From assembly GCA_043826435.1 (NCBI GenBank), contig JBDRQF010000038.1, forward strand, positions 1-64,000: 64,000 nucleotides of DNA, read 5' to 3'. A program made the position numbers and the translations under genes. The notes under the pieces are model-generated. The model made no database searches and was not told the origin of the DNA. It was given only the letters and a program-made list of their open reading frames with translations. Below are positions 47,759 through 57,385 of the stretch, piece by piece. The number at the start of each line of letters is the position of its first letter. The first letter of the stretch is position 1. The stretch comes from Elusimicrobiota bacterium. Lineage in GTDB: Bacteria; Elusimicrobiota; Endomicrobiia; CG1-02-37-114; JAHJSO01.

Positions 47759-48447
47759 GTGCTGAAAATAACAAAAAAAGTTATTCGGAAGAAAATATAG
47801 AAATCGGGGAAACAATTGACCCCGGTTCTGCGTGGCTGATACCTTATGGGAACATGATGACCATCCTGATGGTATTCTTTTTAATCCTTTATGTATTTTC
47901 TTACCAGGCGGACAGCGCTACCTATGAGAGGGTCGTGACAAAGATTCAAAAGGAATTTACGACCAAGGGGGAAAAGGCGGAAAAAATAGCCAGGAAGGCG
48001 CAGGAAGCGGAACAGGTTGAAAAGATGGCGGAGTATTTTGCTGAAAAGGGTTTTGACAAATTCGCCAAAGTTGAGATTAATGCCGAGAGGGTCAGGGTTA
48101 CCCTTTCAAATCCTGTGCTTTTTTCACTCGGTGAGGCGGTTCTTAAACCAGAGGCGAAACTCCTTTTAAAGCCCATATCCGAACTCACCAAGATTCTCCC
48201 TTCAAAAATAATAATTGAAGGACATACTGACAACCTCCCGATTTATGGCGGTAAATACAAATCAAACTGGGAACTCTCGGCGGACAGGGCGATAAGCGTG
48301 GTCAGATATATGGTTAATGAAGAAGATGTCGCTCCTGAAAGGTTTGCTGTGGCGGGATATGGAGAGTTTCGTCCGGTAGCGCCAAACGATACCGAGGACA
48401 ACAGGGGGAAAAACAGAAGGATAGAGATAGTACTTTTGCGGTCATAA
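47755..48447 (+). CDS. motB: MotB-family stator subunit 2 (conserved Asp replaced by Asn)
   Basis: AWLIPYGNMMT TM motif; EGHTD, NWELSADRA, NRRIEI. Confidence 0.9.
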   Translation: MSAENNKKSYSEENIEIGETIDPGSAWLIPYGNMMTILMVFFLILYVFSYQADSATYERVVTKIQKEFTTKGEKAEKIARKAQEAEQVEKMAEYFAEKGFDKFAKVEINAERVRVTLSNPVLFSLGEAVLKPEAKLLLKPISELTKILPSKIIIEGHTDNLPIYGGKYKSNWELSADRAISVVRYMVNEEDVAPERFAVAGYGEFRPVAPNDTEDNRGKNRRIEIVLLRS

Positions 48448-48479
48448 ACTGGCGCCCTTTAATTTTTTTTAAAAAACCC

Positions 48480-48507
48480 TTGACATTTCTCAAAAAACCG
48501 TTATACT
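48480..48507 (+). promoter_or_regulatory. sigma70 promoter candidate
   Basis: TTGACA-16 bp-TATACT with ttttttttaaaaaaccc upstream. Confidence 0.65.
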
Positions 48508-48555
48508 AATAATGTTTACAATTTTGTAACCTATGATACCGGAGGGATATAAAAT

Positions 48556-50370
48556 ATGGCCGAAAATACGTTGTCTGAAGACAGGGTTTTAAGAGAACTT
48601 CTGCGAACGGAAAGCGATATGGCAAAAGAGACAATCCGGCTTTTACAATCCCGTTACAATTCAGAAAAGCAGCAGTGGGACAAGGTATTTAAAGGAAAAG
48701 AGTCCGACTTAGTCGCTCTAAGGGGCAAACTGGTTGAAACCGAACAACGGCTTAAACAACTGAGGGATGAATCGTCCTGGCAGAGCCACCGGGAGATGGA
48801 ACACCTGAAACTGTCCGTTGAAGAAATAAAAATAAGGAAAGAGAAGGAAATAGAAAAATGGCAGGTCATAGAAAATAAGGTCAGGACGTACAGGCAGATT
48901 GCCGACGAGACCCAGTCCAGGCTACTTGAGGAACAGATGAAACTGGCGGAAACGAGAGAAAAGCGCCTGCAGGAAGAGCAGGACTTCCGCCAGCAGATTG
49001 AAAAATACAACGGACAGGTGGTTGAACTTCAGAACACACTGCTGAAAAAGGAACAGGACTGGACAATAGACAGGGCGAGATACGAGAAGGATGTTGAACG
49101 TCTCTCCGAACAACTTAAAACATTTGAACTGGTTATCCATGACGATAGGACAAGCAGGGATAAAACGATCGGGGATAAGGACGAACACATAATCAGGTTC
49201 CAGAAGGCGCTTCAGGATTTAAGCGTTGAACTGGTTCAGGAGAGACAGCGGAACGAAACACTCCTGCAGGAAGTGGCAGAGCGGGATAAAAGGATAACCG
49301 GTCTGGAAAGCAGGAATAATGAAATTATAACCCGGATTGAACAGGAACGCAGGGAATGGCAGGAGGCATGGCAGAAGCAGCAAAAGGAGTGGGAAGAGCA
49401 TAAGAAAGAAATCATAGTCAAAGAGGATGTCATACAGACGCAGACCGAAGAACAGGTCTCCAAGGTTATGTCAATGCTTGCCGCCCTTGAGATGGAACTG
49501 GTTCAGGAGAGGCATCGCAGGAAAGAGGTTGAGGACAATAATACTGAAAAGATAAAGCAGGTTGAAACGCTCCGGCAGGAAGTGATGAGAATAACCCACA
49601 GGGCTGAAGAGGAAAGAAAGAAACTCGAAGGTTCCTTGTTCGTCCAGGAGGTTGCGTTTGAGTCGCAGCGGACTGCTATCCTTGAAAAATACCAGCAACT
49701 GCAGGTAGAAATTATATCACTGAAAGGCGCCCTTTCCGAAGAGCATCAGGTTCTGGCGCTGGAAAAGGAAAAGACGAAGGGAATTGAAACGGCGTTCCAG
49801 CAAGCCAGAGACAATAACACCCGAATGTTAAACACGGTTGAACAGGACAAGGCACACTGGCAGAAAGTCCTTCTTGAAGAGCAGATCCGTTCCGAGCAGC
49901 GGCTGAAAGAGTATGTATCATTGACCGAACAGGTAAAGAAATCAAGGGAAACGGAAGTCCGAAAACTGCAGGACGAAATAACCTTACTTTCGGCGGAGAT
50001 GGACGAACTCAGGTTGATTTACATATCAACAAAGGTTGAGAATGACCAGAGGAAGTCAAGGATTGCAGAACTTGAGGCGGAGTTTCAGAAGGTTGTCCAG
50101 CAGTGGGAGAGGGAAAGGGCGGAGTGGGAGGACTTACTCGTTAACGAGCAGCAACTCTGGGAGCGGAGAAAAAACGAGGCGATACTCAGGGAGCAGCGGC
50201 TCGCAGGAGAAAGGGAAAAAGAAATAAAACAACTCATGTCACAACTGGATGACGCAAGAGTGAAATTTATATCCACCCGTCAGGAACTGCACGAGAAAGA
50301 AAATAAAATATACGAACTGCAATTGCAGATAAACGGACTTGCGTCCTCTCCGCTTGCAAAACCCACTTGA
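48556..50370 (+). CDS. Long coiled-coil protein (604 aa, E/Q/K/R-rich with recurrent Trp)
   Basis: Heptad-like charged composition; no signal peptide or TM; GGAGG RBS. Confidence 0.85.
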   Translation: MAENTLSEDRVLRELLRTESDMAKETIRLLQSRYNSEKQQWDKVFKGKESDLVALRGKLVETEQRLKQLRDESSWQSHREMEHLKLSVEEIKIRKEKEIEKWQVIENKVRTYRQIADETQSRLLEEQMKLAETREKRLQEEQDFRQQIEKYNGQVVELQNTLLKKEQDWTIDRARYEKDVERLSEQLKTFELVIHDDRTSRDKTIGDKDEHIIRFQKALQDLSVELVQERQRNETLLQEVAERDKRITGLESRNNEIITRIEQERREWQEAWQKQQKEWEEHKKEIIVKEDVIQTQTEEQVSKVMSMLAALEMELVQERHRRKEVEDNNTEKIKQVETLRQEVMRITHRAEEERKKLEGSLFVQEVAFESQRTAILEKYQQLQVEIISLKGALSEEHQVLALEKEKTKGIETAFQQARDNNTRMLNTVEQDKAHWQKVLLEEQIRSEQRLKEYVSLTEQVKKSRETEVRKLQDEITLLSAEMDELRLIYISTKVENDQRKSRIAELEAEFQKVVQQWERERAEWEDLLVNEQQLWERRKNEAILREQRLAGEREKEIKQLMSQLDDARVKFISTRQELHEKENKIYELQLQINGLASSPLAKPT

Positions 50371-50411
50371 TATACCCGCAGGGTAGCGGTTCTACCTGAA
50401 AAAATTTCAAA

Positions 50412-52034
50412 ATGGAAAACGAAGAATTAATTAATAAAACGAAGATATTGTTGGTTGATGATGATTCGGCAGTTGCAGGTATGTGTAAAAGGGTTCTTGA
50501 GAGTAATAATTATTATGTAGAGACCGTCTCAAGCGGCAGGGACGCCCTTGCGATACTGAATAATAAATTTTTTAATATGGTTTTAGCCGATATAAAACTG
50601 CCGGGCGACATGGACGGTATCGCACTTTTGAAGGAAATAAGACATAAATACCCGTCAGTTATTGTTATAATAATGACCGCTTACGGCACCATTGAAACAG
50701 CCATTACGACGATGAAAGAAGGCGCTTGCGATTATCTGATAAAACCGTTTGATATACACATTCTGTTAAATACTGTCCGGCGCTCTCTTGAGTTCTGTCG
50801 TTTAAAATCTGAGTCGGAGGTTCTTCTAAATGCCATATCTTTATTTGAATTTGTATCAGAGACATCTTCAGACAAAACGGGGGAGGAATTGCTCTCGTTA
50901 CTTCTGGGGAATGCCTTAAAGATTATGAGGGCCAATTCGGGCTCGGTTTTTGTTTACAATAAAATAACAGAAAAGTTGGAGATGATGACTTGTATCGGAA
51001 TGGAGGAAAAGATTAAAAAGGAAGTGAGTATAGGCGAAGGCATAGTCGGTTATGTTGCCAGAAGCAGGAAGACACTGATTTTACACAACGGACTGCACAA
51101 ATATCCACTGTTTAAAACATACCCACCAAGGAAAGAAATTGTCAGTTCAATTATCAATCCAATTCTGTTAAAAGGAATGCTTCTGGGTGTCCTGTGTCTG
51201 AATAAGACAGAATACTTGCCTGTACTTTTTTCAGATGAGGACAAAAGGATAATTAAAATGTTTTCAAACTACGCCGCACTTGTAATCGGGTCTTTTCAGG
51301 CGTCTGCTGAATTGCTGTTTCTGAACAGGTTAAAATCAGAATTTCTTTCAAACGTAAGCCATGAATTGAGAACCCCGCTTATGGCTATTTCAGGCGCCGC
51401 TGAACTCCTTGATGACCCTACGCCGAGTAAAAACAAAAAACAGATGTTAGGACTGATTCAGAGAAATGTTCAAAGGATGGATAAATTAGTGGCTGACCTC
51501 CTGGATTTTTCAAAAATGGAGTCGGGTAAACTGATTTACAATTTCAGAAAAACCCGGATATCAAATGTGTTAAATAAACTAATCATGGATTTTGAGAATG
51601 AATTCAGGAAAAAAGAGATAAAATTTATCAGACGGATACAGGAAGGGATTCCTCCAATAGTAATTGATTCTGAACGAATGTATCAGGCGGTTTCAAATTT
51701 ATTGACTAACACACTTAAGTTTACTCCGCTGGGGGGGGAGGTGGAACTCAGATGTTCCAAAAACAAGACCTGCGTTATGGTATCCGTAAAAGACACAGGG
51801 ATAGGCATTAGCAAAAAATATCACGACAAAATATACTCAAATTTTTTCCAGGTGGACGGTTCCAGCACGAGGAACGAAAGGGGTTTGGGCCTGGGTCTTG
51901 CTATTGCGAATTCAATCGTCTCGGCACACAAAGGGAAGATTAAACTCAAATCAGAGCCGGGTAAAGGCAGTACATTCACGATATATCTGCCATGTTCCAA
52001 CGCCATGGAGTCATTGCGAAGGACGAAGTCCTGA
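50412..52034 (+). CDS. Cytoplasmic hybrid kinase REC-GAF-HisKA-HATPase
   Basis: LVDDD/DIKLPG receiver; GEGIVG GAF; SHELRTPL; N, G1 and G2 boxes. Confidence 0.92.
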   Translation: MENEELINKTKILLVDDDSAVAGMCKRVLESNNYYVETVSSGRDALAILNNKFFNMVLADIKLPGDMDGIALLKEIRHKYPSVIVIIMTAYGTIETAITTMKEGACDYLIKPFDIHILLNTVRRSLEFCRLKSESEVLLNAISLFEFVSETSSDKTGEELLSLLLGNALKIMRANSGSVFVYNKITEKLEMMTCIGMEEKIKKEVSIGEGIVGYVARSRKTLILHNGLHKYPLFKTYPPRKEIVSSIINPILLKGMLLGVLCLNKTEYLPVLFSDEDKRIIKMFSNYAALVIGSFQASAELLFLNRLKSEFLSNVSHELRTPLMAISGAAELLDDPTPSKNKKQMLGLIQRNVQRMDKLVADLLDFSKMESGKLIYNFRKTRISNVLNKLIMDFENEFRKKEIKFIRRIQEGIPPIVIDSERMYQAVSNLLTNTLKFTPLGGEVELRCSKNKTCVMVSVKDTGIGISKKYHDKIYSNFFQVDGSSTRNERGLGLGLAIANSIVSAHKGKIKLKSEPGKGSTFTIYLPCSNAMESLRRTKS

Positions 52035-52080
52035 AGCAATCGTAAACCAACAAGATTCCTCGCTCCGCCCGGAATAACAA
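52010..52080. repeat. Degenerate REP-like pair overlapping the kinase stop codon
   Basis: gtcattgcgaaggacgaagtcctgaagcaatc followed by a weak inverted copy. Confidence 0.6.
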
Positions 52081-52094
52081 TACGGAGTCATAAA

Positions 52095-52385
52095 ATGACT
52101 AATGGAGATGTCGGACGATTAAAACAGGCAAAAGAAAGAATAAGACGAGTTATTGAAAAATACTGTTCGGTAACGGGATACAAACTCAACCCGGATGCGG
52201 AAATAGTTGAGACCGTTCTGGAAGGGCTCGCCAGGAATAAAATAAAATACGGCAGGTATTACTGTCCGTGCAGGATTGTTACGGGCAAGCCGGCGGAAGA
52301 CCAGCCGAAAGCATGTCCATGCAGGTGGCATAAGGAAGAGATAGAAAGGGACGGGCATTGCCACTGCAATTTATTCTTCCGATGA
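52095..52385 (+). CDS. Ferredoxin:thioredoxin reductase catalytic subunit-like protein
   Basis: CPC...CPC...CHC motifs. Confidence 0.9.
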   Translation: MTNGDVGRLKQAKERIRRVIEKYCSVTGYKLNPDAEIVETVLEGLARNKIKYGRYYCPCRIVTGKPAEDQPKACPCRWHKEEIERDGHCHCNLFFR

Positions 52386-55084
52386 AACAATTTCTTATTA
52401 TTGACGGAAACGCCTACATCCACAGGGCATATCATGCCCTGCCACCGCTTTTTACTTCAAAAGGGGAGATGGTCCAGGCGGTTTACGGTTTCCTCAGGAT
52501 GCTGGTAAAGATAATAAAAACGTTCAAACCTGAATATCTCGCCGTTTGTTTTGACCACCCGTCAAAGACCTTCAGGCATATTGAGTTTGCCGGTTACAAG
52601 GCGAACCGCAGGGAAACGGAAGAAGGGTTGAAAACGCAAATACCGGCCATCAGAGAGGCGGTGAGTTCTCTGGGGATAACGGCAGTTGAAAAGGAGGGCT
52701 ATGAGGCGGATGATATAATCGCCACACTGGCAAGGAAGAACGTTGCGGACGGGATGAAAATAATCATCGTGACCGGGGACAAGGACATCCTCCAGTTAGT
52801 GGACAAAAATATAAACGTGCTGAACGAACCGAAAGAAACCCTTTTTACGCCGGAGAAAGTCGTTGAAAAATACGGTGTCAGTCCCGGACAGATGGTGGAC
52901 GTGTTTTCTCTTTCGGGAGATGCGACGGATAACGTTCCGGGTGTGCATGGTATCGGCGAAAAGACAGCATCAAAACTTATTGCCGAATACGGTTCGGTTG
53001 AAGAACTGCTGAAAAACATTGAAAAACTGCCCACTGCCGTTTCAAAAAAAATAAAGACGGGAATGGAGAATTTATTGCTGAGCAGAAACCTGATAAAACT
53101 TGACGACTGCGTCCCTGTGGAGACGGACATAGAGCGATTCACCCTGCAGCCGGGCAGGGTCCGGAGTGAGAGATTCGTATCGTTGTTGAAGGATATGGAG
53201 TTTAACTCGCTCATTAACGAATTCATAAAATCCGGGATAATGCCTGCTACGAAGGACAACCGGGAATACGGGTGCAGGACGCTGGCGGGTGAAGATGAAC
53301 TGGCGGCAGTGATAGAAGAGATAAGGAAGTCAGGGATGTTCTCAATAGTTTTACGGACGACAGAAAAGAGCCCTCTTAAAGCGGAGATAACAGGCATGGC
53401 TGTTTCAACGGGGGAGGGCACTGCGGCATACGTTCCCATATTGACAGGCTTTCCCGTTGACCGGTTCAGCAGTGTCCTGCAGGACCCCGGGATAAAAAAG
53501 ATAGGACATAATCTGAAATATATCATGCTCTGTCTTGTAAAATACGGGATAGAAATGAAAGGAGCGTATTTTGATACGATGGTCGCTTCGTATTGCCTGA
53601 ACCCTTCAAGAAAAAACCATGTCCTGAAGGACGTGGTTTTTGAGTATCTCGGTATAAACATACCGGAGTCAGTGGGGGGAACCGGCGGGGAAGACAGGCA
53701 GATAAGCATGGACGCGATGGCTACGGACGGTGGGGCCGCCCGAGGTACCAGTCCGGAGGACGGGTCGTGCGCCGCTGCCGGTTTCGTCCTGCGTCTGCAC
53801 GGGGTACTTAAAAAGGAACTGACGGGGAAAAACTTGAACCCTCTTTTTGAGACAATTGAAATGCCGTTGCTTGCAGTACTGGCGGATATGGAACTCTCGG
53901 GCGTGAAGGTTGACCTTCAGTACCTGAACCTTCTTTCAGTAGAATTTAAGGTGGAGATAGAGAGGTATGAAAGGGACATATACTCCATGGCGGGCAAAGG
54001 GTTTAATATTAACTCACCGAAACAATTGTCTTTTATACTCTTTGACAAACTGGGACTGAAGAGCGTAAAGAAAACAAAGACCGGATATTCAACGGACGAA
54101 GAGGTATTGCGGAGCCTTGCGGGCGTCCATCCTCTTCCTGAAAAGATTATTGAATACAGGGAATTACAGAAGTTGAAGTCCACCTATGTGGATGCACTTA
54201 TTGATATGGCGCAGCCGCAAACCGGCAGGGTCCACACCACCTTTAACCAGACGGTTACCGCTACAGGGCGTCTTTCTTCAACCGAACCGAACCTGCAGAA
54301 TATCCCTGTCAGGACGCAGATGGGTAAAAAAATAAGAACGGCATTCATTCCGGAAAAGGGTTATGTTTTTCTCTCCGCCGACTATTCGCAGATTGATTTG
54401 AGGGTACTTGCCCATATCTCAAAAGACAAATCCCTGATGTCCGCTTTCAGTAAAGGAGAGGACATCCACACCGCTACCGCTATGGAGATTTTCGGCGTCC
54501 CACCGGAAAAGGTTGACGAGCAGTTGCGGCGGGTCGCCAAAACGATAAATTTCGGAATTGTTTACGGGATGTCCGCATTCGGACTTGCGCAGCAGTTGGG
54601 CATTCCGGATGAACAGGCGCGGCGTTACATTGACGATTATTTTAAGAGGTATGCGGGCGTCCGGGACTGGATTGACTCAACCCTTGATACCGTCAGGAAA
54701 GAAGGCCGTGTTTCAACGTTGATGGGCCGGCTGCGCTTCATCCCGGAGATAAATTCAAAGAACGGGGCAATGAGGTCGTTTGCAGAGAGGGTTGCAATAA
54801 ACACTCCCGTCCAGGGCACAAGCGCCGACATTATAAAACAGGCAATGATTAACATCCACAGGAGGTTCGCTTCCGAAAAAACAAGGGGAAGGATGCTCCT
54901 GCAGGTGCACGACGAATTGCTTTTTGAGGTCCGGGAGAGGGATGCGATTGAGTTCGGTGCGGCCATCAAATCGGAAATGGAGACCGCAGTTAAACTTGAC
55001 GTGCCCGTTGTAGTTGACATAAAAACAGGGATGAACTGGCGGGATATGCAGCCAGCCGACAATTCCCGGGGGGCGCAGGGGTGA
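52382..55084 (+). CDS. polA: DNA polymerase I
   Basis: IDG..RAYHA, EADD, GDKD, TGRLSS.EPNLQNIP, DYSQI, K.INFG.VYG, QVHDEL. Confidence 0.97.
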   Translation: MKQFLIIDGNAYIHRAYHALPPLFTSKGEMVQAVYGFLRMLVKIIKTFKPEYLAVCFDHPSKTFRHIEFAGYKANRRETEEGLKTQIPAIREAVSSLGITAVEKEGYEADDIIATLARKNVADGMKIIIVTGDKDILQLVDKNINVLNEPKETLFTPEKVVEKYGVSPGQMVDVFSLSGDATDNVPGVHGIGEKTASKLIAEYGSVEELLKNIEKLPTAVSKKIKTGMENLLLSRNLIKLDDCVPVETDIERFTLQPGRVRSERFVSLLKDMEFNSLINEFIKSGIMPATKDNREYGCRTLAGEDELAAVIEEIRKSGMFSIVLRTTEKSPLKAEITGMAVSTGEGTAAYVPILTGFPVDRFSSVLQDPGIKKIGHNLKYIMLCLVKYGIEMKGAYFDTMVASYCLNPSRKNHVLKDVVFEYLGINIPESVGGTGGEDRQISMDAMATDGGAARGTSPEDGSCAAAGFVLRLHGVLKKELTGKNLNPLFETIEMPLLAVLADMELSGVKVDLQYLNLLSVEFKVEIERYERDIYSMAGKGFNINSPKQLSFILFDKLGLKSVKKTKTGYSTDEEVLRSLAGVHPLPEKIIEYRELQKLKSTYVDALIDMAQPQTGRVHTTFNQTVTATGRLSSTEPNLQNIPVRTQMGKKIRTAFIPEKGYVFLSADYSQIDLRVLAHISKDKSLMSAFSKGEDIHTATAMEIFGVPPEKVDEQLRRVAKTINFGIVYGMSAFGLAQQLGIPDEQARRYIDDYFKRYAGVRDWIDSTLDTVRKEGRVSTLMGRLRFIPEINSKNGAMRSFAERVAINTPVQGTSADIIKQAMINIHRRFASEKTRGRMLLQVHDELLFEVRERDAIEFGAAIKSEMETAVKLDVPVVVDIKTGMNWRDMQPADNSRGAQG

Positions 55085-55740
55085 CAAAAATTTTATGGCG
55101 GAATAAAAAACATCCTATAATAGGCGTTACAGGCGGTATTGCCACCGGCAAGTCAACCGTGGTGGCCCATTTCCGCCGGGCGGGCGCAAAGGTAATTGAT
55201 GCAGACAAAATTGCCCGCGAGGTTGTCCGTAAAGACAGCCCAGTATATGCGAAAATTGTCCGTGAGTTCAAAACGGACATTCTCAAAAAGGATAAAACCC
55301 TTGACAGGAAAAAACTCGGCGAAATAATTTTTAACGACCAGGCAGACAAAAGGAAACTTGAAAGGATAACGCACCCGGCAATCATAAAAAGGATAAAAGA
55401 AAAGGTTGCAGTTTACGCCGCTTACTCCGCTGAAAAAAAACCGGTGGTTGTAGTCATAGACGCCCCGCTCCTCTTTGAGGCGGGACTGGAAAAACTTGTT
55501 GATGTTGTGGCGCTGGTATATCTTCCGTACCGTGTACAGTTAGCCCGGCTGATGAAGAGGGACAAACTGCCGGGAGATCAGGCGGCTGCTATGATTTCTT
55601 CCCAGATGCCCCTTTCAAAAAAAAGGAAAATGTCCGACTTTGTGATTGACAACTCGTTACCGGCGGGCGCCGTTAAAAACAGGTTAAAAATATTTTTCAG
55701 GAAATTTTTTTTCAGAAACCCCTTGACAAAAAAACAATAA
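55081..55740 (+). CDS. coaE: Dephospho-CoA kinase
   Basis: GVTGGIATGKST, DAD.IA, HP, DAPLLFE. Confidence 0.95.
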   Translation: MTKILWRNKKHPIIGVTGGIATGKSTVVAHFRRAGAKVIDADKIAREVVRKDSPVYAKIVREFKTDILKKDKTLDRKKLGEIIFNDQADKRKLERITHPAIIKRIKEKVAVYAAYSAEKKPVVVVIDAPLLFEAGLEKLVDVVALVYLPYRVQLARLMKRDKLPGDQAAAMISSQMPLSKKRKMSDFVIDNSLPAGAVKNRLKIFFRKFFFRNPLTKKQ

Positions 55741-55751
55741 ATTGGTATAAT
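55723..55751 (+). promoter_or_regulatory. Consensus sigma70 promoter for rho, followed by a leader of about 260 nt
   Basis: TTGACA-17 bp-TATAAT. Confidence 0.85.
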
Positions 55752-56015
55752 TTGTCGCAGAGAGGTACTTCCGCTTATTTTAAGGAGTTTGGATACAGGC
55801 CTAAAGACATATCTATGCGTTTAGTTGCTTTCCTATGATCGAATTAAAATAACACTTGTCCGAACGTTCTTACAGGGTTTTAGTGCGAACACACCTGGAT
55901 TTATCCGGGTATGTTGTGCAAAAACTGATGACTACCGAAGGGTAGGGCAATTCCAACCGGGAGGGATTCAACCTTATTTGACAGCCCGGTAGAACAATCT
56001 AGAGAGGATTTTAAA

Positions 56016-57287
56016 ATGGAAAATCTGATGGACATTACGGCGTTGAACAAACTTACTTTGCCGGAACTCATGAAAACGGCAAGGGACATGAGCATTGAGA
56101 CGAATTCCGGTCTGCGGAAGCAGGAACTCATCGCGAAGATCCTTGAGGCGCAGACAAAGGTGAACGGACTTATTTATAACGAGGGCGTACTTGAGGTCTT
56201 GCCTGACGGTTTCGGTTTTCTCAGGTCAACGGACTACAACTACCTGCCGAGCCCCGACGACATATACATCTCACCGTCACAGATAAAAAAGTTCGGGCTG
56301 AGGAAGGGTGATCTTGTTTCGGGGTATGTGCGGCCGCCGAAAGAGGGCGAGAGGTTTTTCGCCCTGCTGCAGATTAAATCGGTCAACGGGGATGAACCCG
56401 AGAAGATAAGAGACAGAATATTTTTTGATAACCTTACCCCGCTCTACCCGTGCGAGAGGATCCGGCTTGAAACATCAAAAGATGAATTGACGACAAGAGC
56501 GATTGATTTGATATCCCCGCTGGGCAAAGGGCAGAGGACTCTTATAAACGCCGCGCCGAGGACGGGCAAAACGGTAATCCTGCAAAAAATAGCGAATGCA
56601 ATTACAAAGAATCATCCTGAAATCGTTTTGCTTGTGCTCCTTATTGACGAGCGTCCTGAAGAGGTCACCGACATGCAGAGGTCGGTTAAGGGCGAGGTTA
56701 TATCCTCAACCTTTGATGAGCCGGCCGACAGGCACGTACAGGTGGCGGAGATGGTGCTTGAAAAAGCGAAACGGCTCACCGAGCATGGCAAGGACGTCGT
56801 AATACTGCTTGATTCGGTCACTCGTCTGGCGCGCGCATACAACACCACGACCCCCGCCAGCGGCAGGGTGCTTTCGGGAGGCATTGATGCCACTGCCCTC
56901 CAGAGGCCGAAGAGGTTTTTCGGGGCGGCAAGAAAAATTGAAGAGGGCGGTAGTTTAACCATAATCGGGACGGCTCTCGTTGAGACGGGGAGCCGTATGG
57001 ACGACGTAATATTTGAGGAATTCAAGGGGACGGGGAATATGGAGATATACCTGGACAGGAAACTCGCCGACAGGAGAATATTTCCGTCCATAGACGTAGG
57101 CCGGTCGGGCACCAGAAAAGAGGAACTGCTTCTGGAAGAGGACGACCTGAACAAGATGTGGATACTCAGAAAACTACTGAGTTCACTCAACCCGGTTGAA
57201 GCGATGATACTGCTTATCGAAAAACTTTCCGCAACGAAATCCAACAAGGACTTTCTGAAATCAATGGAAACGTCCTCAATGGGCTAA
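56016..57287 (+). CDS. rho: Transcription termination factor Rho
   Basis: [46 protein letters not shown]. Confidence 0.98.
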   Translation: MENLMDITALNKLTLPELMKTARDMSIETNSGLRKQELIAKILEAQTKVNGLIYNEGVLEVLPDGFGFLRSTDYNYLPSPDDIYISPSQIKKFGLRKGDLVSGYVRPPKEGERFFALLQIKSVNGDEPEKIRDRIFFDNLTPLYPCERIRLETSKDELTTRAIDLISPLGKGQRTLINAAPRTGKTVILQKIANAITKNHPEIVLLVLLIDERPEEVTDMQRSVKGEVISSTFDEPADRHVQVAEMVLEKAKRLTEHGKDVVILLDSVTRLARAYNTTTPASGRVLSGGIDATALQRPKRFFGAARKIEEGGSLTIIGTALVETGSRMDDVIFEEFKGTGNMEIYLDRKLADRRIFPSIDVGRSGTRKEELLLEEDDLNKMWILRKLLSSLNPVEAMILLIEKLSATKSNKDFLKSMETSSMG

Positions 57288-57293
57288 ATAATT

Positions 57294-57322
57294 TTGCTTT
57301 TTTCCGGATTTTTTTGTATAAT
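57294..57322 (+). promoter_or_regulatory. sigma70 promoter for rpmE
   Basis: TTGCTT-17 bp-TATAAT. Confidence 0.7.
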
Positions 57323-57385
57323 GATCAAAGACAGGCGGCCGTGTTGCTGCCGGGAGGCAAGAACCGGAGGAGGTTACCAGAAAAC

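Noticed and set aside
44825..48447. Ordinary flagellar operon or ExbBD/TolQR system
   Set aside because: There are no other flagellar genes in the window and the fusion is atypical; the B subunits have OmpA-like MotB domains, not ExbD/TolR domains
46310..48447. Zorya (ZorAB) anti-phage system
   Set aside because: MotA is of normal length without the long ZorA tail, no ZorC/D/E genes are adjacent, and a FliG-like partner is present
48556..50370. SMC protein to partner scpAB
   Set aside because: No Walker A/B motifs or hinge domain
52699..53709. 336-aa minus-strand ORF and other antisense ORFs
   Set aside because: They are shadows of well-supported + strand genes and have no motifs
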